From NCBI RefSeq assembly GCF_021246445.1, contig NZ_JAJQXW010000001.1:124001-188000 (forward strand): a stretch of 64,000 bases of DNA. The letters are read 5' to 3'. This document shows, in pieces, positions 51,235 to 61,458 of the stretch. The notes beneath the pieces are model-generated. The model was given only the letters and a program-made list of their open reading frames with translations. It made no database searches and was not told the DNA's origin. Made by a program: the position numbers and the translations under genes. This DNA is from Rhabdothermincola salaria (lineage in GTDB: Bacteria > Actinomycetota > Acidimicrobiia > Acidimicrobiales > Acidimicrobilacustridaceae). The first letter of the stretch is position 1; every line of letters begins with the position of its first letter.

Positions 51235-52089
51235 TCAGTCCGGGGTCGTCCGACTCATCTCGGCGACGATCTGATCGAGCACCACCTGGTCGGGTTGGGG
51301 TGGGGCAACGGTGCCGGCGAGTGAGCGCATCATGGTGAACGCCTGCTCCACCCGCCCTGGCGGGACGGTCGGCCCGTGGGTCGTGGCGATGGTGGTGGGC
51401 GCGAGGTCCTCCACCCGACGGCACGCGGCATCGAAGTGGGTGGGGTCGACCATCGACAGCCACGGGCTGTTCCACGTCTGGAAGGTGCTGAACCCGTCGG
51501 CCCAGGCGGACGGGTCGAGCTGGTCGACGAACTCCGTGCCGGCCTCGACCGGGGTGGCGTAGGCGTCCGAGGCCCAGTACACGCCCGTCGTGGGGTCGTA
51601 GAGACCTCGGGTGGTGGGGGAGTCGTAGCTGGGTGGCCGGACCAGGGAGAGGACGCGATCCCCGACGTCGAGGGTGTCGCCGTCGCCGAGCCACCGCCAC
51701 CGGTGGGGAGGTACCCCGGACAGCTCGCCACCCATCCGTTCACACATGAACCAGCTGGCGACGAGGGTGGCGTCGGGACAGGCCTGCATGACGGCGACGG
51801 CGTTGCCGTAGTGATCGATGTCGTCGTGGCTGACGAACACCCACCGCACGTCGTCCGGTTCGACCAGGGCAAAGAGGTCTTCCAGGTACCGCTCGCGGTT
51901 GTCGGGCACCCCGGTGTCGACGACGATCGGTTCCTCCGAGCGGATGACCATGGAGTTCAGGTGCACGGTCATCGGAGCAGTGCCCTCTCCGAGGGTGTCC
52001 TGGATGACCCAGGTCTCCGGGGCGATCAGCACCGGGTGGTGGCGGGGCTTGGGGTGGGCTGCGGGTCCGGATGGGGTCGACGTGGTCAT
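51235..52089 (-). CDS. MBL-fold di-iron protein (FprA/ODP-like, no flavodoxin domain)
   Basis: NSMVIRSEEPIVVDTG, VRWVFVSHDDIDHYG, PPSYDSP, WASD, ATTHGP. Confidence 0.75.
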   Translation of the reverse strand: MTTSTPSGPAAHPKPRHHPVLIAPETWVIQDTLGEGTAPMTVHLNSMVIRSEEPIVVDTGVPDNRERYLEDLFALVEPDDVRWVFVSHDDIDHYGNAVAVMQACPDATLVASWFMCERMGGELSGVPPHRWRWLGDGDTLDVGDRVLSLVRPPSYDSPTTRGLYDPTTGVYWASDAYATPVEAGTEFVDQLDPSAWADGFSTFQTWNSPWLSMVDPTHFDAACRRVEDLAPTTIATTHGPTVPPGRVEQAFTMMRSLAGTVAPPQPDQVVLDQIVAEMSRTTPD

Positions 52090-52203
52090 GGGTGCCTCCG
52101 GGGACGTCGGATTCGTCGGCTCAACAGTCCGGCACCCGGGCGGAGGAGACCATCCCCGCCGTCCGGGCTTCTCCAGGGGCGACGACCCTGGGCCACCCCG
52201 ACC

Positions 52204-52220
52204 CCCCAGAAGGGTGGGAT
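52204..52220. promoter_or_regulatory. Candidate LuxR-type operator
   Basis: CCCA-N6-TGGG inverted repeat between the divergent genes. Confidence 0.3.
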
Positions 52221-52255
52221 GGCCAAGCGCCAGCCGATGGCGGATGATCGTCGCC

Positions 52256-53386
52256 ATGGGGAGTGCGTTGACCCTTCGTCGGGTGAAGAGCGACATCGAG
52301 GTCCTCGCTCGCGCTGGTCTCGACACATCGACGTTCCTGGCCGAGGCCGATGCCTCGCTGCAGCGAGCGGTGCCGCATGTGGCGGCCTGCATCCCCATCC
52401 TCGACCCGGCCACCAACCTCTTGACCGGCACGTACAAGTTCGGTGACCTCTTCGGCCGGGACGACCACGACGACGAGTGGGGGACGATCGAGTTCGGGGG
52501 CTCCGATCCGACGTCCTTCGCCGAGCTCCTGCGGCGGGAGCAGCCCGCCGTCGGGGTGCACCTCGCCACGAACGGCGACGTGGCCTGCTCCGACCGGCTC
52601 CGGGACCTGATCATCCCGCACTACGGCTATGCCGACGAGGCGCGGCTGCTCGCGTGCGAAGGGGCGCGGGCGTGGGGCGCGATGGCGTTGTTCAGAGGGG
52701 CCGAGGAGGGACCCTTCGCCGCCGAAGAGGTGGCGTTCCTCGCGACGTTGTCCGATGCCCTGGCCGCCGGGATGCGCGCCGGCTTGCTGGCCCGGGCCGG
52801 TCGGACACCGTCAGCCTCGCTGTCCGGGCCGGCGGTGCTGATCGTCGGTGCGGACGGACAGTACCGGCAGCTCAGCGTGGGGGCGGAGGAGGCACTCGCC
52901 GAGCTGGGCTCGGAGGAGCACTCGGCTGCCGCCAGCGGAACCATCGCCGCGCTGGTCGCCGGAGCTCGACGCTACGCGGCGGGGAGCACCACCGTGCTGC
53001 CCAGATGCCGGGTGCGGGTGGGCAGCGGTCGCTGGTTGGTGTTGCACGCCTCCCCCCTGGCGTCGCTCGACGGGACGAGCGGCGACGTGGTCGTCACCGT
53101 GGAGGAAGCCCGGCCACCCGAGATCGTGCCGCTGGTCGTCGCCGCCTTCGAGTTGACCCCGCGGGAGCGCGACGTCACCCAGATGGTGCTCCAGGGTGTG
53201 GAGACCAAGGAGATCGCCGCCACGCTGCACATGTCGCCCTACACCGTGCAGGACCACCTGAAGTCGGTGTTCGAGAAGGCCGCCGTCCGCAGCCGGCGAG
53301 AGCTGATCGCCCGGGTCTTCTTCGACCAGTACGTGCCCCGCATGGGGTCGGAGCTGGCGCCCTCGGGGTGGTTCGCCGAGCCCTGA
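52256..53386 (+). CDS. LuxR-family HTH regulator with GAF-like sensor domain
   Basis: C-terminal LTPRERDVTQMVLQG...EIAATLHMSPYTVQDHLKSVFEK; N-terminal DPAT...GAMALFR. Confidence 0.9.
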   Translation: MGSALTLRRVKSDIEVLARAGLDTSTFLAEADASLQRAVPHVAACIPILDPATNLLTGTYKFGDLFGRDDHDDEWGTIEFGGSDPTSFAELLRREQPAVGVHLATNGDVACSDRLRDLIIPHYGYADEARLLACEGARAWGAMALFRGAEEGPFAAEEVAFLATLSDALAAGMRAGLLARAGRTPSASLSGPAVLIVGADGQYRQLSVGAEEALAELGSEEHSAAASGTIAALVAGARRYAAGSTTVLPRCRVRVGSGRWLVLHASPLASLDGTSGDVVVTVEEARPPEIVPLVVAAFELTPRERDVTQMVLQGVETKEIAATLHMSPYTVQDHLKSVFEKAAVRSRRELIARVFFDQYVPRMGSELAPSGWFAEP

Positions 53387-53531
53387 GGCCGCCACGCCGG
53401 TGCTCCGGCGCTGCGGCATGCGGCCCGGTGTCCGCCGAGGTCGGGACCAACGGACCTTGTTGCCGGCCGCGAGGTCGGTAGCGTCCGGGGGGTGAGGCGG
53501 CGCCGGCCCCTCGCGAGGGGAAGGACGGGTC

Positions 53532-56177
53532 ATGACCTGGGTCTACGGTTTCGCTCACCGCCACAGTCGGGCCCCGAGGGACCTGAAGGCGTTGCTCGGG
53601 GGAAAGGGAGCGAACCTGGCCGAGATGACCTCGGTGCTGGCCCTCCCGGTGCCGCCGGGGTTCACCATCACCACCGAGGCGTGCCGGGCCTACATGCTCG
53701 GCGGCTGGCCGGGCGACCTCACCGCCGAGATCGACGGACACGTCCGCAGCCTCGAGCGCTTCATGGGCCGCCGCCTCGGTGCCACCGAGGACCCGCTGCT
53801 GGTCAGCGTCCGATCCGGTGCGGCCTTCTCCATGCCCGGAATGATGGACACGGTGTTGGACCTCGGGCTCAACGACGACTCCGTGATGGGCCTGGCCGCC
53901 GGGACCGACGAGCGCTTCGCCCTCGACTCCTACCGGCGCTTCCTCGCCATGTACGGCCGCATCGTCCTCGACGTGCCCGGCGAGCCGTTCGACGACCTGC
54001 TCGAGCAAGCCCGCATCGACGAAGGGGTGCGCACCGACGCCGAGGTCCCGGCGGAGCGTCTCGACGAACTGGTCGGGCGGTACAAGGAGCTGATCGAGGC
54101 CCACACCGGGTCCCCGTTCCCCCAGGACCCCCACGTCCAGCTGCGGGGAGCCATCGAGGCGGTGTTCCGCTCGTGGGACTCGCCGCGCGCCCGGGCCTAC
54201 CGCCGGCGAGAGGGCATCGCCGACGACCTCGGCACGGCCGTCAACGTGCAGTCCATGGTCTTCGGCAACCGCGACGACCAGTCCGGCACCGGCGTGGCCT
54301 TCACCCGCGACCCCTCCACCGGGGCTTCGGGTGCCTACGGCGACTTCCTGGTGAACGCCCAGGGCGAGGACGTGGTGGCCGGGATCCGGACCACGTTGCC
54401 CCTCGACTCCATGGCCGATCTCTTCCCGGCCGTGCACACCGAGCTGACGTTCATCCTCGAGCGGCTCGAGCGCCACTACCGCGACATGCTCGACTGCGAG
54501 TTCACCATCGAGCACGGCCGGTTGTGGATGCTGCAGACCCGGGTCGGCAAGCGCACCGGGGCCGCCGCGCTGCGCATCGCGGTGGCGCTCACCGAGGATC
54601 CCACCATCCGCATCTCGAGGGCCGAAGCGGTGCAGCGGGTCCGGCCCGAGCACCTGGACCAGGTGCTGCACCCTCAGCTGGGCGACGTGAAGGCCCCGCT
54701 GCTGGCCACCGGCCTCCCCGCGTCGCCGGGGGCCGCCGTGGGCCACGCCTACTTCGACGCCGACCGGGCGGTCGAGGCCGCCGAGCGCGGTGAGCGGGTC
54801 GTGCTGGTGCGCCAGGAGACCTCCCCCGAGGACGTCCATGGCATGGCTGTCGCCCAGGGTGTGCTGACGTCTCGAGGTGGTCTCGTGAGCCACGCCGCGG
54901 TGGTCGCCCGAGGGTGGGGCAAACCGGCGGTGTGCGGTGCGGAGAGCCTGAACATCGGCCCGACCTCGATGACTGCTGCGGACGGGACCGTCGTGGCCGA
55001 GGGCGACTGGATCTCCCTCGACGGCGCCCGGGGCACCGTGTTCCTCGGCGAGCTGAGCCTCAAGGAGGGCAACGTCCCCGGGGAGTTCGGCATCGTCCTC
55101 GGGTGGGCCGATGAGATCCGCGCCGGGCGCCTGGGCGTTCGGGCCAACGCCGACACCGGTCCCGACGCCGCCCGGGCCCGGGAGCTGGGGGCCGAGGGCA
55201 TCGGTCTGTGCCGCACCGAGCACATGTTCCTCCAGGAGGACCGCCTTCCGGTGGTGCGCCGGATGATCCTCGCCGACGACCCGGACGAGGAGCTCGCCGC
55301 CCTCGCCGAGCTGCTCGACGTGCAGCGGGCCGACTTCGAGGAGGTCCTCGAGGCCATGGACGGCCTGCCGGTGACCGTGCGCCTGCTCGATCCGCCGCTG
55401 CACGAGTTCCTGCCGTCGGTGGAGGAGCTGATCGTGCTCGACGCCCGAGGCGAGCTCCCGCCCGAGGGTCAAGCCATGCTCACCGCCGCCCGCCACTGGC
55501 AGGAGCAGAACCCCATGCTCGGCCTGCGGGGTGTGCGCCTGGGCATCGCGAAGGCCGGTCTCTATCGCATGCAGGTCCGCGCCCTCGTGGAGGCCGCGCT
55601 CCGCCGCCAGGCCGTCGGTGGTCGACCGGTGATCGAGATCATGATCCCGCTGGTCATCAACCTCCCCGAGCTGGACCTCACGCGGCGGTGGGTCGAGGAG
55701 GAGGTCGCCACCGTGCTGGCGGAGCACGACGGGCGCCTCGACGTGATCATCGGATCGATGATCGAGACGCCGCGGGCGGCGATCCGGGCCGACGACATCG
55801 CCCAGGCCGCCGACTTCTTCTCCTTCGGCACCAACGACCTCACCCAGATGACGTTGGGCTTCAGTCGGGACGACGTGGCCCCCATCCTCGAGAGCTACCT
55901 CGAGCAGGGACTCCTCGGGGTGGACCCCTTCAAGTCGGTCGACCAGCGGGGGGTCGGCGAGCTCGTCGCCACCGCCGTCGAGCGGGGCCGCACCACCAAG
56001 CCGGGGCTCAAGATGGGTGTGTGCGGAGAGCACGGCGGCGACCCCGAGTCGATCGCCTTCTTCTTCGGGCTGGGTCTCGACTACGTGTCGTGCTCGCCGT
56101 TCCGGGTGCCCGTGGCCCGCCTGGCCGCCGCTCACGCCGTGCTGGGCGCCGGCGGGGGCGTCGCCGCCGACGCCTGA
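53532..56177 (+). CDS. ppdK: Pyruvate, phosphate dikinase
   Basis: LGGKGANLAEM, SVRSGA..SMPGMMDT, AQGEDVVAG, GGLVSHAAVVAR, GIGLCRTEHMF, FSFGTNDLTQ, CGEHGG. Confidence 0.97.
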   Translation: MTWVYGFAHRHSRAPRDLKALLGGKGANLAEMTSVLALPVPPGFTITTEACRAYMLGGWPGDLTAEIDGHVRSLERFMGRRLGATEDPLLVSVRSGAAFSMPGMMDTVLDLGLNDDSVMGLAAGTDERFALDSYRRFLAMYGRIVLDVPGEPFDDLLEQARIDEGVRTDAEVPAERLDELVGRYKELIEAHTGSPFPQDPHVQLRGAIEAVFRSWDSPRARAYRRREGIADDLGTAVNVQSMVFGNRDDQSGTGVAFTRDPSTGASGAYGDFLVNAQGEDVVAGIRTTLPLDSMADLFPAVHTELTFILERLERHYRDMLDCEFTIEHGRLWMLQTRVGKRTGAAALRIAVALTEDPTIRISRAEAVQRVRPEHLDQVLHPQLGDVKAPLLATGLPASPGAAVGHAYFDADRAVEAAERGERVVLVRQETSPEDVHGMAVAQGVLTSRGGLVSHAAVVARGWGKPAVCGAESLNIGPTSMTAADGTVVAEGDWISLDGARGTVFLGELSLKEGNVPGEFGIVLGWADEIRAGRLGVRANADTGPDAARARELGAEGIGLCRTEHMFLQEDRLPVVRRMILADDPDEELAALAELLDVQRADFEEVLEAMDGLPVTVRLLDPPLHEFLPSVEELIVLDARGELPPEGQAMLTAARHWQEQNPMLGLRGVRLGIAKAGLYRMQVRALVEAALRRQAVGGRPVIEIMIPLVINLPELDLTRRWVEEEVATVLAEHDGRLDVIIGSMIETPRAAIRADDIAQAADFFSFGTNDLTQMTLGFSRDDVAPILESYLEQGLLGVDPFKSVDQRGVGELVATAVERGRTTKPGLKMGVCGEHGGDPESIAFFFGLGLDYVSCSPFRVPVARLAAAHAVLGAGGGVAADA

Positions 56178-56268
56178 TCCGCGGACCTCGCCCCGGCCGG
56201 TCCGATGGGCTGGTCGCGCTGCTACCGTCCCGCCACGGACGGCACCGCGGTCCGCCGGAGGGGCTGGG

Positions 56269-58080
56269 TTGGGCATCGAGGACGACGACATCGCGAGGGT
56301 GCGGGCGGCCACCGACATCGTCGCGGTCGTCAGCGAGCACCTGGCCCTCAAGCGCGTGGGTCGTCGCTGGCAGGGGCTGTGCCCGTTCCACTCCGAGAAG
56401 AGCGGCTCGTTCTCGGTCAACGCCGAGGAGAAGCTCTACTACTGCTTCGGTTGTGGCGCCAAGGGCGACGTCATCACCTTCGTCCGCGAGGTCGAGCACC
56501 TCGACTTCGTCAGCGCCGTCGAGAAGCTGGCCGGCAAGGCCGGCATCGCCCTGCGCTACACCGACGAGGGCCAGAACGAGGGACGCAAGCGTCGGGCCCG
56601 GCTCCTCGACGCCGTGGCCCGGGCCGTCGAGTGGTACCACCAGCGCCTGCTGTCCGCGCCCGACGCTGCGCCGGCGCGCAGCTACCTGCGGTCCCGTGGG
56701 CTCACGGGTGACGACGTGCGGGCCTACCGCATCGGGTGGGCCCCCGAAGGGTGGGACGAGCTGGCGCGGGGCCTCGGGGTCCCGACCGACGTGTTCGTCG
56801 AAGCCGGTCTGGGCTTCCTCAACAGCCGGGGCCGACCCACCGACGCCTTCCGGGGCCGGATCCTGTTCCCCATCTACGAGGTGAACGGCGATGCCGTCGG
56901 GTTCGGCGGGCGCATCATGCCCGGCGTCGAGGGAGCCAAGTACAAGAACTCCGTCGACAGCGCCATCTACGGCAAGTCCCGCCTGCTCTACGGGTTGAAC
57001 TGGACCAAGGGCGACATCGTGCGCTCCGACGAGGCGATCGTGTGCGAGGGGTACACCGACGTCATCGGCTTCGCCAAGGCGGGCATCCCCCGAGCGGTGG
57101 CGACCTGCGGCACCGCCCTCACCGAGGACCACGTGCGTCTCCTGCGCAGCTTCGCGCGCCGCCTGGTGCTGGCCTTCGATGCCGACGCCGCCGGCCAGAA
57201 CGCCGCCGAGCGGGTGTACGCGTGGGAGCGGGCCCACGACCTCGACGTCGCCGTGGCCGACCTCCCCGCCGGCGTCGACCCGGCGGAGCTGGCCCTGTCG
57301 GACCCGGCCGAGCTGTCCCGGGCCGTGGCCGACGCCCGTCCCTTCCTGAAGTTCCGCCTCGACCGGGTGTTGGACGCGGCGGCGCTCGACACCCCCGAGC
57401 ACCGGGTGCGGGCGGCGGAGGCGGCCATGGGGGTGGTGGGCGAGCATCCCAGCGAGATGGTCCGCGACCAGTACCTCCTGGAGGTCGCCGCCCGCTGTCG
57501 GGTCGACCCCGAACGTCTGCGGGGCCGCACGTTCCCTCCGCCCCGTCGGACCGATCGGCGCGACCGACGGGGCCCGGATGACGCCCGTGGTCCCGAACGT
57601 CCGCCCCCGGCGCGCGTGGCTCCCGTCCGGCGCGACACGGCCGAGACCGAGGCGTTGCTGGTCCTGCTCCAGCGGCCCGACGACATCGCCCCGTGGCTCG
57701 ACGAGGCCCTGTTCGGCGACCCCACGGTGGTGGCGGCCTACCGTGCCGTCGTGGCCGGCCCGACCCTGGCCGATGCGGTGGCTGCGCTCGGCGCAGACGG
57801 AGAGCACGACGCGGCCGACCTCCTCCAGCGCCTCGCAGTGGAGGACACCGATGCCGATGCCGGCGACGTGCTCCTCCGCCTGGTGGAGGAAGGTGCCTCG
57901 CGGGCCATCTCGGCGCTGCAGGCCGAGGCCCGGGTGGCCGACGACCCGCTGACGGTCGCCGGGGACATCGCCTGGGTGAAGCACCGGATGCTCGAGCTCC
58001 GCGAGGCGGACACCGCGGAGAGCGCCACGGAGCAGTTGCTAGGGTGGCTCACCGGTCAGACGGAGGAGGACGATGGGTGA
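56269..58080 (+). CDS. dnaG: DNA primase
   Basis: CPFHSEK...YCFGC Zn ribbon, [29 protein letters not shown] start inferred. Confidence 0.95.
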   Translation: MGIEDDDIARVRAATDIVAVVSEHLALKRVGRRWQGLCPFHSEKSGSFSVNAEEKLYYCFGCGAKGDVITFVREVEHLDFVSAVEKLAGKAGIALRYTDEGQNEGRKRRARLLDAVARAVEWYHQRLLSAPDAAPARSYLRSRGLTGDDVRAYRIGWAPEGWDELARGLGVPTDVFVEAGLGFLNSRGRPTDAFRGRILFPIYEVNGDAVGFGGRIMPGVEGAKYKNSVDSAIYGKSRLLYGLNWTKGDIVRSDEAIVCEGYTDVIGFAKAGIPRAVATCGTALTEDHVRLLRSFARRLVLAFDADAAGQNAAERVYAWERAHDLDVAVADLPAGVDPAELALSDPAELSRAVADARPFLKFRLDRVLDAAALDTPEHRVRAAEAAMGVVGEHPSEMVRDQYLLEVAARCRVDPERLRGRTFPPPRRTDRRDRRGPDDARGPERPPPARVAPVRRDTAETEALLVLLQRPDDIAPWLDEALFGDPTVVAAYRAVVAGPTLADAVAALGADGEHDAADLLQRLAVEDTDADAGDVLLRLVEEGASRAISALQAEARVADDPLTVAGDIAWVKHRMLELREADTAESATEQLLGWLTGQTEEDDG

Positions 58081-59428
58081 AGCTGGCGGCGTGCCATCTC
58101 CCGTGATGGGCATCCCCGACCCCGTCCTCCGAGCGCTCGTCGACCGGGCGGCCGGGCGCGACGAGCCGGTGCTCACGGTCGACGAGGTCATGGGCGACCT
58201 GGCCGCGTACGGCCCCACACCCGAGCTTCTCGAGTCGGTTCGCGCCGCGCTGGGCGAGCGTGGTGTGACGGTCGACGACAGCGTGCCCGACGTCGAGGCC
58301 CTCACCGACGAGGCCCTCTTGGGCGCGCCGCTGGTGCCCTGCGCCGACGAGAAGGTGGAGGTCATCGTCGCAGCCGACGCCCACGACGACGACACCGATG
58401 ACGAGGACGACCTGGTCGCGCGGCGGACCAAGGCCCGCTACCGCTCGGTCGGGTCGCGCGACGCGGTGCGCATGGGGGCCCAGCTCGGTGTCGGAGGCTC
58501 CTCGGACCCGGTGCGCATGTACCTCAAGGAGATCGGGCGGGTCTCGCTGCTCACGGGCCAGGAAGAGGTCGAACTGGCCCAGATCATCGAGCGGGGGACG
58601 GCGGCCGCCGAACGGCTGGCCGACCTCAGCGCATCGGGGGAGCTGGCGGCGGTCGATCCGCTCGAGAAGCGCCGGCTCACCCGTCTCGTCCGCAAAGGCG
58701 AGGATGCCAAGGCGGAGCTCACCCAGGCCAACCTGCGCCTGGTCGTCTCCATCGCCAAGCGCTATGTGGGGCGGGGCATGTTGATGCTCGACCTCATCCA
58801 GGAGGGCAACCTCGGCCTCATGCGGGCCGTCGAGAAGTTCGACTGGACCAAGGGGTTCAAGTTCTCGACCTATGCGACATGGTGGATCCGCCAGGCCATC
58901 ACCAGGGCGATCGCCGATCAGGCCCGCACTATCCGCATCCCGGTCCACATGGTCGAGTCGATCAACAAGGTGCACCGTGTGCAGCGCCAGATGGTCCAGG
59001 ACCTCGAGCGGGAGCCGACCATCGAAGAGCTCGCCGCCAAGGTCGACATGACTCCCGCCCGGGTGCGCGAGATCATGCGCATCTCCCAGGACCCGCTCTC
59101 GCTCGACTCGCCGGTCGGCGAAGAGGACGACTCCAACCTGGCCGACTTCATCGAGGACCAGAGCGCCGAGGCCCCGGCCGAGATGGCCGCCCGCATGATG
59201 CTGAACACCGCGGTCGAGGAGGCGCTGAGCGACCTCAACGACCGAGAGAAGGCGGTCGTGCGCATGCGCTTCGGTCTCGACGACGGCCAGGCGCGCACGC
59301 TCGAGGAGGTCGGTCGCGAGTTCGGGGTCACCCGTGAACGCATCCGCCAGATCGAGTCCAAGACGCTGGCCAAGCTGCGCCACCCCCAGCACAGCCAGAA
59401 GCTCCGCGACTACCTCGACGGCGAGTAG
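58073..59428 (+). CDS. rpoD: RNA polymerase principal-type sigma factor
   Basis: [72 protein letters not shown]. Confidence 0.95.
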   Translation: MGEAGGVPSPVMGIPDPVLRALVDRAAGRDEPVLTVDEVMGDLAAYGPTPELLESVRAALGERGVTVDDSVPDVEALTDEALLGAPLVPCADEKVEVIVAADAHDDDTDDEDDLVARRTKARYRSVGSRDAVRMGAQLGVGGSSDPVRMYLKEIGRVSLLTGQEEVELAQIIERGTAAAERLADLSASGELAAVDPLEKRRLTRLVRKGEDAKAELTQANLRLVVSIAKRYVGRGMLMLDLIQEGNLGLMRAVEKFDWTKGFKFSTYATWWIRQAITRAIADQARTIRIPVHMVESINKVHRVQRQMVQDLEREPTIEELAAKVDMTPARVREIMRISQDPLSLDSPVGEEDDSNLADFIEDQSAEAPAEMAARMMLNTAVEEALSDLNDREKAVVRMRFGLDDGQARTLEEVGREFGVTRERIRQIESKTLAKLRHPQHSQKLRDYLDGE

Positions 59429-59529
59429 GGCTGCGTCCCACGCCGGGCTGGTGCGGCTTGGTTCCGGGCTCGTCCAGGTCGTCCCGGTATCCGCGCACAC
59501 AAGTCGTCGCGAGCGGGTAGACCTGCGTC

Positions 59530-59853
59530 ATGAGCTTCAAGACCGGATTCATCGTCGGGGCGGCCGTCGGCTATTACTTCGGGGCCAAGGCCGGCCGCGA
59601 TCGCTACGAGCAGATCGATCGCCAGCTGGAGAAGGTGCGGTCGCACCCGAAGTACCAGGTGGCCACCGAGAAGGTGGGCGAGGGCCTCGACCAGGTCAAG
59701 GGTCTGGCTCGCGACAAGGCCTCGGGGGCCTTCAACGGTGGTGACGAGCCCAGCTGGGAGCCGGGCCTCGAGTTCAACCCCGACTACCGCCCGACCGAGG
59801 AGGAGATCCGCGAGGACGTCTTCGGTCGCGAGCCCCAAGCCGGACCGACCTGA
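59530..59853 (+). CDS. YtxH-like small membrane-anchored protein
   Basis: FKTGFIVGAAVGYYFGAKAGRDRYEQI pattern. Confidence 0.75.
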   Translation: MSFKTGFIVGAAVGYYFGAKAGRDRYEQIDRQLEKVRSHPKYQVATEKVGEGLDQVKGLARDKASGAFNGGDEPSWEPGLEFNPDYRPTEEEIREDVFGREPQAGPT

Positions 59854-59989
59854 TCCGGGGGCCGGCCCCGGGTCGGTGAACTGGGCCGATCTCTCCTGCC
59901 GACCGGGCCCACCGGCGACCAGAGCCCCGATTCCGGGCTCTCCGCAGCCGCAGACGGTGGATGTCCCACCCCCTCGCCAGACTCGGCTG

Positions 59990-60622
59990 ATGGGGTATCG
60001 AGGCAAGGTCGTCGAACGGGAGCGTGCCCGCGAGCTGCGGGCCCAGGCGTGGACGCTGCAGGAGATCGCCGATGAGCTCGGGGTGGGCAAGGGCTCCGTG
60101 TCGGTGTGGGTGCGCGACGTCGAGTTCGTACCGAAGCCCCGATCAACGGCCCGCAAGCGGGGACCGAACGCCCTGCAACGACGCAAGGCCGCCGAGATCG
60201 AGGAGTTGTCGGACGAGGGCCGCCGCCGCATCGGCACCCTGAGCGAGCGCGACCTCCTGATCGCCGGTGCCGCGCTCTACGCGGGGGAGGGCGCCAAGAC
60301 CGACGGCGCCGTGAAGTTGGCCAACAGCGATCCCCGGATGATCGGCATCTTCTGCCAGTGGCTGCGGACCTTCTTCGAGGTCGACGAGTCCCGCCTCCGC
60401 GTGAGCCTCTATCTGCATCGAGGACTCGACCTCGAAGAGGCCATCACCTTCTGGTCGTCGCTGACCTCGATCCCGGCCAGCCAGTTCACAAAGCCGTATC
60501 GGGCGGTTCCCGATCCCTCCATCCGCCGGTCGAAGCACCCCATGGGGTGCCCAGCGATCGTCTACTCCTGCTCGAGGACACACCGGGCCGTGATGGGCCT
60601 GGTCGAGGCACTGCTATCGTGA
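59990..60622 (+). CDS. HTH plus single LAGLIDADG-like domain protein (tRNA-adjacent)
   Basis: RELRAQAWTLQEIADELGVGKGSVSVWVR HTH; GAALYAGEG followed by VKLANSDPRMI..F..WL. Confidence 0.7.
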   Translation: MGYRGKVVERERARELRAQAWTLQEIADELGVGKGSVSVWVRDVEFVPKPRSTARKRGPNALQRRKAAEIEELSDEGRRRIGTLSERDLLIAGAALYAGEGAKTDGAVKLANSDPRMIGIFCQWLRTFFEVDESRLRVSLYLHRGLDLEEAITFWSSLTSIPASQFTKPYRAVPDPSIRRSKHPMGCPAIVYSCSRTHRAVMGLVEALLS

Positions 60623-60631
60623 AGGCTCCCT

Positions 60632-60704
60632 TCCGGGGTAGCTCAGTTGGCAGAGCGCTCGGCTGTTAACCGAATTGTCGTGGGTTCGAGCCCCACCCCC
60701 GGAG
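60632..60704 (+). tRNA. tRNA-Asn (GTT)
   Basis: Acceptor TCCGGGG/CCCCGGA, D arm GCTC/GAGC, anticodon loop CT-GTT-AA, T arm GTGGG-TTCGAGC-CCCAC; CCA not encoded in register. Confidence 0.97.
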
Positions 60705-60709
60705 CACCA

Positions 60710-60740
60710 GATGCCCCGTGGCCAGCGGCCTCGGGGCATC
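60710..60740 (+). terminator. Hairpin after tRNA-Asn
   Basis: GATGCCCCG-TGGCC-agc-GGCCT-CGGGGCATC. Confidence 0.6.
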
Positions 60741-60833
60741 GTCGCGTCCGGGGTCGAGCGGCCCGGCAGTCGTCGGGTGCCACGTGTGCGCGACCGTCGG
60801 TTCCGCGCCGAGTCCCTAGTGTGTGCCGTCTCC

Positions 60834-60906
<73 letters not shown>

Positions 60907-60958
60907 CCGCCAGGACGCGTCGCTCGCTCCGCTCCGTGAGTCCCGCAGGTCCCTGGGC

Positions 60959-61384
60959 TCAGCGACCGGGGACGGCGACCGTGACCGTCTCGCCACCCCA
61001 CCCGTTGACCAGATCTCGCGCCTGCACCGTCACCGAGGCCACCCCGTCGGGGATCTCCAACCCGCTGAGGCTGCGGGTGAAGGGCTGCTCGTCGGCGTGG
61101 TGGTGGGTGAGCTCGCGCACCCCCAGCTCCTCGTCGTCGGGGCTCAGCACCCGAAAAGCGTCGGCGTAGCGCTCCTCGCTGTCGTAGGGCGACGAGATGG
61201 TGGCCGCCACGCTGAAGCGGTCACCAGCGGCCGTGACCTCGGCCTCGATCACGTCGGGGTGGACCTGCTCGGCAGGGGACAGCATCGTCGTCCGCTCGGC
61301 GTCGTCGCCGCTCGAACACCCCAGCGCCATCAGGGTGACGATGATCATGGGCACCGCTCGTCGTGGTCGCAGTCGTCGTCGCAC
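60959..61384 (-). CDS. Putative lipoprotein with His cluster (possibly metal-binding)
   Basis: Arg-rich N-terminus + LMALG/C lipobox; YAD...RELTHHHADEQPFTRSL. Confidence 0.75.
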   Translation of the reverse strand: MRRRLRPRRAVPMIIVTLMALGCSSGDDAERTTMLSPAEQVHPDVIEAEVTAAGDRFSVAATISSPYDSEERYADAFRVLSPDDEELGVRELTHHHADEQPFTRSLSGLEIPDGVASVTVQARDLVNGWGGETVTVAVPGR

Positions 61385-61458
61385 CGCGGAGTTCTACCCG
61401 GCGGTCGTGGTGTCCTGTCGTCGTACCGGATCAGCGCGGCGGTCGAGGACGTCGTCCC

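Noticed and set aside
56269..59428. dnaG-rpoD overlap as a novelty
   Set aside because: This is the well-known macromolecular-synthesis operon arrangement.
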